A stretch of DNA of 64,000 nucleotides from an uncultured Methylomirabilota bacterium (GTDB taxonomy: Bacteria; Methylomirabilota; Methylomirabilia; Methylomirabilales; 2-02-FULL-66-22), in NCBI GenBank assembly GCA_963705305.1, contig OY970067.1, positions 5,344,001-5,408,000 on the forward strand, read 5' to 3'. The notes under the pieces were generated by a model, which saw only the letters and a list, made by a program, of their open reading frames with translations, was not told the DNA's origin and did not search any database. Made by a program: the position numbers and the translations under genes. Each line of letters opens with the position of its first letter. Positions within the stretch are counted from its first letter, which is position 1. Below are positions 57,671-64,000 of this stretch, piece after piece.

Positions 57671-60010
57671 TCAGGGGGATTTGCGGAACGCCCCGCTCGC
57701 GGTCTCGGGAGCCCGGCGCTCGGCCTCAACCCGCCCGGGCTTGCGGCCGGTCTCGAGCGCGCCGGCCTTTTGCTCCCGCCGCTGGACGCCGGGCGCCCGG
57801 CCCGCGGCCGCGGAGGACCCGTACAGTCTGGTGTATTGTTCGTAAGTTCCCAGCACCCGCTTCACGTAATTTCGCGTCTCGCTGTACGGAATGTTTTCAA
57901 TGAACTCGGCCTCGTCGCTGAAGCCGTAGCGATCCAGCCAGCGGCGCACCGCCTGCGTTCCCGCGTTGTAGGCGGCCAGCGTCAGGGCCAGATTGCCGTT
58001 GTTGTCGCGCAGCAGCTCCGCCAGGTGGATCATCCCCAGCCGGATGTTCACCTCGGGGGTGTGCAGCGGCGGCGGGTTCTCCATCGGCAAGTTGTTGTCC
58101 TTGGCCACCCGCCTGGCCGTCTGCGGCATGAGCTGCATCAACCCTCGCGCCCCCGCCTGCGAGACGGCCTGGGGGGCAAAGGCGCTCTCCTCGCGAATCA
58201 GCGCTGTGACGAAGAAGGGATCCAGGTCCAGGCGCTTGGCCTGCTGGCGAATCAGCGCGATGTGCCCCAGGGGGTAGAGGCACTGCCAGAACCCCCGGAT
58301 GGGCGGCCGCCCGCCCTCCTGAACGTAGAGCGGCAGCAGGATCCGCGTCCCCAGCCACACAGCCTTGTCGTACCGCTCCAGATCGAGGAAGGCGCCGCAG
58401 GCCTCGGCCAGGGCGGCGCGATTCTCGGGCGAGGTGCGCGCCTCCTCACTGTACTCGTCTGCCGCCTCGTCGTCCAGCCCCAGCCCGCGCAGGGCGCGGG
58501 CTTTCTGGGCGTGCAGCTCGTCCACCGGCTTTCCCTTGGGAGGCGCGGCCTTGGTCGCCGCCGCGGGCAGCTCGGCCTTCTTCTTGGCGATCTTGTTCTC
58601 CTTCGCCAGCGCCATCAACCGCTCCAGCGCGCGCAGCTGGTAGTAGTATTGGCTGAACTGATCCCGGAGGATGGCGCGGTAGGCCTCGGTCGCCCCTGCC
58701 GGCTGCTGCAGCTTTTCCAGGACGCGTCCCTTCCAGAAGAGGGCCTGGGCGCGCAGCCGGGACCCGGCTTCCTCGGTCAACAGACGGTCCCAGGATGCCA
58801 GGGCCGCCGGTAGGTCCTGCGCCTCGTAGGCCAGCCAGCCCTGGAGCCAGAGCGCCGTCTCTTTCCAGGACGTTTTGGGATACTCGGCGAGCAGGCGGGC
58901 GAGGTAGGTCCGCCCTGCCGCGATATCCCCGTTATCGGTCGCCGCCTGGCCGAGAAGATAGAGGGCGTCATCGGCGCGCCGGGACTGGGGGAACTCATCC
59001 ACCAGGCGGAGCATGAACTGGCTGAACTTCTCGGCGTCATCCGCCCGGCCGAAGCTCCGGGCCAGCCAGTAGAGGGCTTCCACCTGATCCCCTGTCCCGG
59101 CGGTGACGAGCGGCTCCAGCCACTGCGCTGCCGGGCTGTATTGCCGGAGGCGGAAGGCGCTCATCCCGAGAAAGAAGCGGGCCTGAGCCTCGTGCGGATT
59201 ATCCGCTTCGGCAAACGGCGCCAGCTCCTTCAGGGCCTGGCCGAATTGGCCCTGCTGGTAGAGCGTGGCGGCGCGGAGAAACTGCTCGTCGGGGGTGAGC
59301 GGCGGCGCCGTCGGAATCGCGTCGAGGAAGGCCTTGGCCTGCCGGCTCTCCGGGCTGGCGGGCAGCTCCACCCAGACCCGCCGGAAGACCTGCTCCGCCT
59401 GCTCCACCCGTCCCGAGTACAGCAGGACCTCGCCCAGTGTCACCCACACTGCCGCCCGTCCCCCATTGTGGGTGTAGGTCTCCAGGTACTTCCCCGCCGC
59501 CTGCTCTGCCCGCGGCAAATCGTCGGCCTCCAGATACTCCCGCGGGAGCTTCCGGCTCGCCCGCTCGGCGAACACGCTCGTGGGCTCGATATCCAGCAGT
59601 CGCTGCAGGGCTCCCGCGGCCTCGGCATGTCGTCCAGCGTCCCGGTGGATTGCCGCCAGCGCAAAGAGGGCATAATCGGCCAGCAGGGGGTAGCCGGCCG
59701 CCGCCTGCTCCAGCCGGGGAACGGCCTCCTCGCCACGCCCTTGCCGCCCCAGGAGAAGTCCCAGCAAGAGCTCCACCCTGTTCCTCACCCCCGCCGGCAG
59801 TCTGCGGGCCTCCAAGGCGAGCAGCGCCTCCGTCGCCGGTCCGAGATTCCCTGCCTCCACCGCCTGAACCGCGGCCTTCAGCTCGGACTCGGGTGGGGCC
59901 GGCGCAGGAGTCGCCGCGCTGGCGCCGGCGGCGCAAAGCATCAGCGCCAGACAGGCCACCAGCCATCGCTGCGTCTTGTTTCTCACGATCTGGACCGCCG
60001 TTTCGTGCAT
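57671..60010 (-). CDS. TPR-repeat soluble lytic transglycosylase
   Basis: Signal peptide, TPR array, IREESAF, GARGLMQLMP, AAYNAG, IPYSETRNYV. Confidence 0.93.
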   Translation of the reverse strand: MHETAVQIVRNKTQRWLVACLALMLCAAGASAATPAPAPPESELKAAVQAVEAGNLGPATEALLALEARRLPAGVRNRVELLLGLLLGRQGRGEEAVPRLEQAAAGYPLLADYALFALAAIHRDAGRHAEAAGALQRLLDIEPTSVFAERASRKLPREYLEADDLPRAEQAAGKYLETYTHNGGRAAVWVTLGEVLLYSGRVEQAEQVFRRVWVELPASPESRQAKAFLDAIPTAPPLTPDEQFLRAATLYQQGQFGQALKELAPFAEADNPHEAQARFFLGMSAFRLRQYSPAAQWLEPLVTAGTGDQVEALYWLARSFGRADDAEKFSQFMLRLVDEFPQSRRADDALYLLGQAATDNGDIAAGRTYLARLLAEYPKTSWKETALWLQGWLAYEAQDLPAALASWDRLLTEEAGSRLRAQALFWKGRVLEKLQQPAGATEAYRAILRDQFSQYYYQLRALERLMALAKENKIAKKKAELPAAATKAAPPKGKPVDELHAQKARALRGLGLDDEAADEYSEEARTSPENRAALAEACGAFLDLERYDKAVWLGTRILLPLYVQEGGRPPIRGFWQCLYPLGHIALIRQQAKRLDLDPFFVTALIREESAFAPQAVSQAGARGLMQLMPQTARRVAKDNNLPMENPPPLHTPEVNIRLGMIHLAELLRDNNGNLALTLAAYNAGTQAVRRWLDRYGFSDEAEFIENIPYSETRNYVKRVLGTYEQYTRLYGSSAAAGRAPGVQRREQKAGALETGRKPGRVEAERRAPETASGAFRKSP

Positions 60011-60243
60011 CTTCGAGACGGTAACGCTTCTTGGGCGCGGGGGAAGTGTGCGGACAGCCGGCGGGGCGCACGCCCGTCCCGCGCCGTGCAGGACGCCAGG
60101 CGCCGGCGACGCGGATGGGGCCTGGTCACTCGGACCGCAAACTCGACCACCAACATCGCATGGGGCCTGAGGCCCCCGGGAGGCAAGCTCCTCTTCTCGG
60201 CTCCGACACGCCGGGCAGCCGCCGGAGGGCGCTCATGCCGCCC

Positions 60244-61302
60244 TCACCGCTCCCCCGCCAGACGCGGAAGACTGACGTCGTACGGGGATCGCGCAATGCC
60301 TCGCTCCGTGATGATGGCGTCAATGCAGCTCGCCGGGGCAACGTCGAAGGCAGGATTGGCCGCGCGCATACCGAAGGGCGCCAGCCGCTTGCCGCCGATC
60401 TCGGTCACCTCGGCCGGCGGGCGCTCTTCGATGGGGATCCCGGATCCGTCGCCCAGATCCAGGTCCAGCGTCGAAATCGGGGCCGCAACGTAAAAGGGGA
60501 TGCCGTGCGCACGGGCGAGCAGCGCCAGGCTGTACGTGCCAATCTTGTTGGCCACATCCCCGTTCCGCGCGATGCGGTCCGCTCCCACCACCACCAGGTC
60601 GACCTGCCCCCGACCCATGAAGTAGCCCGCCATGTTGTCGGTGATGAGCGTGGCCGGTATGCCGGCCTTCTTCAGTTCCCAGGCGGTCAGGCGAGCCCCT
60701 TGCAGCACCGGCCGGGTCTCGTCCACCCACACCATGATCTGTTTGCCCGCCTCGGCCGCGGCCCGGATGATTCCCAAGGCCGTCCCGTAGCCGGCCGTGG
60801 CCAGTCCGCCGGCATTGCAGTGGGTCAGGATGCGGGCCGCCTTCGGGACCAGCGCTTGTCCGTGCTGCCCGATGGCCCGGTTGATGCGGATGTCCTCGTC
60901 CCGCATCATCCGCGCCTCTGCCGCCAGCGCCGCCCTGATCCCGGACGGCGGAAGATCGCGGGACTTCCGGGCCAGCTCCAGCATCCGCCGCACGGCCCAG
61001 GACAGATTCACGGCCGTGGGCCGCGTGGCGAGGAGCTGCTTGCCCATCTGCTCCAGTGCCGCGTAGAACTCCGCGAAGGTCTGCGCCTGGATGGCCTGCG
61101 CCCCCAGCGTCAGCCCCATGGCCGCGGCAATCCCGATGGCCGGGGCCCCGCGGACCTGGAGCGTCTTGATGGCCCGCGCCACCTCTTCGACGGTCCGGCA
61201 CTCCAGGTAGACCTCTTCGTCGGGCAGCCGGGTCTGATCGATCAGCCGAACGGTGCCTTCGGGCGTGAGGCTCAGCGTAACGAACTCGTCAGCCATGTCC
61301 AC
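60244..61302 (-). CDS. mtnA: S-methyl-5-thioribose-1-phosphate isomerase
   Basis: [51 protein letters not shown]. Confidence 0.96.
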   Translation of the reverse strand: MDMADEFVTLSLTPEGTVRLIDQTRLPDEEVYLECRTVEEVARAIKTLQVRGAPAIGIAAAMGLTLGAQAIQAQTFAEFYAALEQMGKQLLATRPTAVNLSWAVRRMLELARKSRDLPPSGIRAALAAEARMMRDEDIRINRAIGQHGQALVPKAARILTHCNAGGLATAGYGTALGIIRAAAEAGKQIMVWVDETRPVLQGARLTAWELKKAGIPATLITDNMAGYFMGRGQVDLVVVGADRIARNGDVANKIGTYSLALLARAHGIPFYVAAPISTLDLDLGDGSGIPIEERPPAEVTEIGGKRLAPFGMRAANPAFDVAPASCIDAIITERGIARSPYDVSLPRLAGER

Positions 61303-61329
61303 TCTCTGTCGGAGAAGCGCTGCGTGGGT

Positions 61330-61357
61330 AGCCTAACATGATCAACCGGTCATGCAA
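61330..61357 (-). promoter_or_regulatory. candidate sigma70 promoter for mtnA
   Basis: TTGCAT-16 nt-TAGGCT with TG extension. Confidence 0.35.
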
Positions 61358-61679
61358 ATCGAAAACTGCCCTTCGCGGGCCGCTGGAAGGCCCATCCACG
61401 CACCCTCCGACCGGTTCAGGGACGGAGGTCCGAGCAGCGCCGCGGGAAAGGCGACAGCGGACAGGAGGGTCGCCGCGGCCCAGGCGCACCGCTGGGTGCG
61501 TCCCTGAGGAAGAATCAGAATCTGCGGGAGACGGATCGGAAGGCTCGATCCTCATCATCGGAGGCAGATGGAATATCCTCGGGGGGCATGCGGGCGGCGG
61601 CGAGGCACCGACAGGGAATGCGGCTCGGCTCATGTGGGGGTCTCTCGCGCCGCCGAAGCATGCATGGTCGCGCCGCGGG

Positions 61680-62168
61680 CTACGAAGGATCCCGCGCGAT
61701 CCACTTGTTCCGCTCCCGGGGATCGGCTTCACCCAGTATCTGCTCGAGGTGATGTTCCAGATGCCTCACGTAGTCGGTGATCACGAACTCCAGACTCGCC
61801 GGTCTGGAGTAGCCCATATCGCACGTGTGACCGAGGGAAGCCGGATCCACGTGCTCGATGATGTGCGCCACGTGCGCGTTGTACCGATACCAAAGCTCGA
61901 CCAGGTCCGGCCACGGTTCGGCGTGATAGCACTGCGCCCGCACCCAGTGTTGCTGGGAATAGGTGAATGCGCCGATGTCCTTCACCTCCTGCATGCGCAC
62001 GATTCGCTGGTGGTTGTTCGCGGCAGAGTCGACCAGGTGGCCGAGAATCTCCTTGCGGGACCATTTATCGGAGTACGGCTTCTCGGACGCGCGCGGCTCT
62101 GAGATGGAAACCAGTCGTGGTTTTGCCGCTTCGACGATGGCGCGAAGATGCCGTGCAATGTCGGTCAT
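61680..62168 (-). CDS. DinB/YfiT family protein
   Basis: WSRKEILGHLVDSAANNHQR, DYVRHLEHHL. Confidence 0.9.
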   Translation of the reverse strand: MTDIARHLRAIVEAAKPRLVSISEPRASEKPYSDKWSRKEILGHLVDSAANNHQRIVRMQEVKDIGAFTYSQQHWVRAQCYHAEPWPDLVELWYRYNAHVAHIIEHVDPASLGHTCDMGYSRPASLEFVITDYVRHLEHHLEQILGEADPRERNKWIARDPS

Positions 62169-62317
62169 GGCCGTCCTCTCCTGGGTCGCCGGATTCGCGG
62201 CACGATGTTGGGGCAGCGCATTCGTCCCAAGCGCCCCCATCCAGCGCCGCCCCTCTTAGTATAGCCTGCTACTCGACGATCGGGGACTCGGTTCGCGCCC
62301 GACATCCCCCGTCCCGT

Positions 62318-63742
62318 TCATCGTGCGAGGCCTCCTCGCACAAGACGCACGAAGTTGTAAATGCGGATAACATCACCCTGGGGACCCCGACCGTTGGGGA
62401 AATTCCGCGGATCGCCGATTTTCGGATCGCTGCGCTGGGCGCCGGCACCGTGAACGTCGGTGTAACGAGACCCCGAGGAGCCGGGACCTCTCCGCTCAAG
62501 ACCAGGCGTGCCGCCGAATCCGGGGCCGCCCGGCCGCGGACCGCCGGGGGGCGGGCCGCCCCATCGCGGGCCGCCCGGTCCCGGGCGCTCGCCCTGTCTC
62601 TGCCTCCCTGTTGGCCAGCCGGCGGCACGGCCGAAGGCGACGTAGACGGCATTCCCGCCCGAGACGAGTGACGCGTGCGTCGTGCTGGTCCAGTAGTATG
62701 GGTAATCGATCTCTCCGATTTCGTTGGTGATGGGGGTGCTGCTGAAGAGCGGATCGATGGCCGCCGTACCGGTGGCGTCGGGGGATCGCGTGTAATCGAC
62801 GATGCTCTGGAGTTCCTTCGCGTTCGGCAAGCGCCAGTCATTGTAGCCGAGATACCGCTCGGCATTCCTGGCCTGGACCCACGCCAGCGCGGCTTCCCAA
62901 TTGAGGCCCCTGCCGCTGTCGGCCTTCGACCACATCAGACCCGTGGCGCGGTCAGCGATGGTGCCGTCCCCGTTGTCACGGAAATCGTTCGCGCCATATC
63001 GCGGGTTGCCGCGCACGAGTAGCACGAAGAACGTCTTCTCCCTGCCGCCTCCGGACATGACCAGATCGTAGCCCTTGATCCGGCCGTCGGCAAAGTTGAC
63101 CCCGAAGAGTTTCGCGGGGCCCGCCAACGACCTGCCGACGTACACCGTGCTCGATGCATACTGGGAGTCGATGAGCCGCTCGCCCCCGCTGTCGTCCCCA
63201 TATGCGAAGGCGAAATACCGCGTGTCGATGAACGGGGTCGGTCGCGCGCCCTCCATGTCGGGTCCGCTGGGGTCGGTACCGCTGAAGTTGATCAGCGAGT
63301 AGAGCTCCTTGATCGTCGGCAGCCGCCAGTCGCCGAATCCCCCGAACCTGACGGCGTTGAGCCGCGCCGGCAGCTCTCGCGCTTGGGCCAAGGTTAGCTT
63401 GTCGCGGCTGTCGAGCACGCCGTCGCCGTTGGTGTCCGGACTGCGCTGCCAGGTCAACCCGGCATTGTTGTCGTGAACGGTCAGGCCGTCGGCCCCGCGC
63501 GTGTAGGAGGGCGCTATCGTCCGGTACTGGGCGTCCTGGCCGTAGAACGGTTGCCCGGGTCTCGGCGGGGCGATGACGCCGCGGTCGTCGTAGCACCGCG
63601 TCTGTCCGGTGCCGACCACCTGGTATGGCAGGGCCGGGCGGAGGTCCGACTCCCGCACCTGGGCATGGCTGAGCGTGGCAGGACCCAGGAGCACGATGGC
63701 GACGATGAGAATTGCCGGGAATATTGCTGGTCTCATCCGCAT
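62318..63742 (-). CDS. secreted DUF1566 (Lcl C-terminal) domain protein with EF-hand-like loop
   Basis: TGQTRCYD, two WRLP(T/N)xKEL repeats, DNGDGTIADRATGLMW, DTNGDGVLD, YNFVRLVR. Confidence 0.88.
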   Translation of the reverse strand: MRMRPAIFPAILIVAIVLLGPATLSHAQVRESDLRPALPYQVVGTGQTRCYDDRGVIAPPRPGQPFYGQDAQYRTIAPSYTRGADGLTVHDNNAGLTWQRSPDTNGDGVLDSRDKLTLAQARELPARLNAVRFGGFGDWRLPTIKELYSLINFSGTDPSGPDMEGARPTPFIDTRYFAFAYGDDSGGERLIDSQYASSTVYVGRSLAGPAKLFGVNFADGRIKGYDLVMSGGGREKTFFVLLVRGNPRYGANDFRDNGDGTIADRATGLMWSKADSGRGLNWEAALAWVQARNAERYLGYNDWRLPNAKELQSIVDYTRSPDATGTAAIDPLFSSTPITNEIGEIDYPYYWTSTTHASLVSGGNAVYVAFGRAAGWPTGRQRQGERPGPGGPRWGGPPPGGPRPGGPGFGGTPGLERRGPGSSGSRYTDVHGAGAQRSDPKIGDPRNFPNGRGPQGDVIRIYNFVRLVRGGLAR

Positions 63743-63820
63743 GTTCCTTTCGGCCGGCTTGCTTTGTGGCACGGCGCACGACGCGGACGCAGTTTTAGCC
63801 TTGAACCGCAAGAACTCTTC

Positions 63821-63969
63821 AACCGCCATGACGCCAATGCTCCACAGTCCAAGGCGCTCGACGGTTTTGATTCGAGGCACCGAAACGCCCCCTCGGGGGA
63901 CATGTCGCGGTTCCAGGCCCTTGGCATTTTGCCCATTCCAGCCGTGCAATTCTCGGCGCCTTGGCGGTG
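63821..63969. repeat. imperfect inverted repeat pair (REP/MITE-like)
   Basis: aaccgccatgacgccaa (63821-63837) versus tcggcgccttggcggtg (63953-63969), 13/17 complementary. Confidence 0.4.
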
Positions 63970-64000
63970 AGACATTATCGGAATGCGTTTGAGCCTTTCA

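Noticed and set aside
61331..61337. GCCTAAC as a further attC core
   Set aside because: No accompanying palindromic L boxes; better explained as part of the mtnA -10 region.

Overview
A GC-rich bacterial chromosomal window, mostly housekeeping. Gene content and style suggest a diderm of the Methylomirabilota/NC10 type, which is inference only. Core genes: fmt-rsmB-PASTA-rpe, coaBC-udg-priA-aroF, acs/satP, split nitrilase+nadE, ald, an rlmI-like methyltransferase, thiD, mtnA and a TPR-SLT transglycosylase. Other loci: a MacAB-TolC-type exporter, a heterodimeric ABC exporter, a 5xGAF hybrid histidine kinase, a REC-DUF4388-PilZ regulator and an Arn-like amino-sugar transfer cluster (GT-C, GT2, SDR, DegT). 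The most striking unannotated feature is a decayed minus-strand integron at about 53.4-55.4 kb. It has two complete attC sites and one half site whose core boxes match their cassette starts, a probable attI region, and a relic of the integrase C-terminus in the 'reverse' orientation. Its only intact cassette is a translationally coupled pair, a minimal nucleotidyltransferase plus a 65-aa helical protein, which is a candidate toxin-antitoxin or defence module. A DUF4160/DUF2442 pair with a broken DUF4160 gene sits where the integrase should be. Also present are a 3' fragment of initiator tRNA-Met, a stand-alone C4HC3 zinc-finger microprotein, a 471-aa orphan, several gene remnants and two G-run frameshifts that may be sequencing errors. 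No CRISPR array, rRNA, intact tRNA or transposase was seen. All family assignments come from motif recognition by eye, not from database searches.
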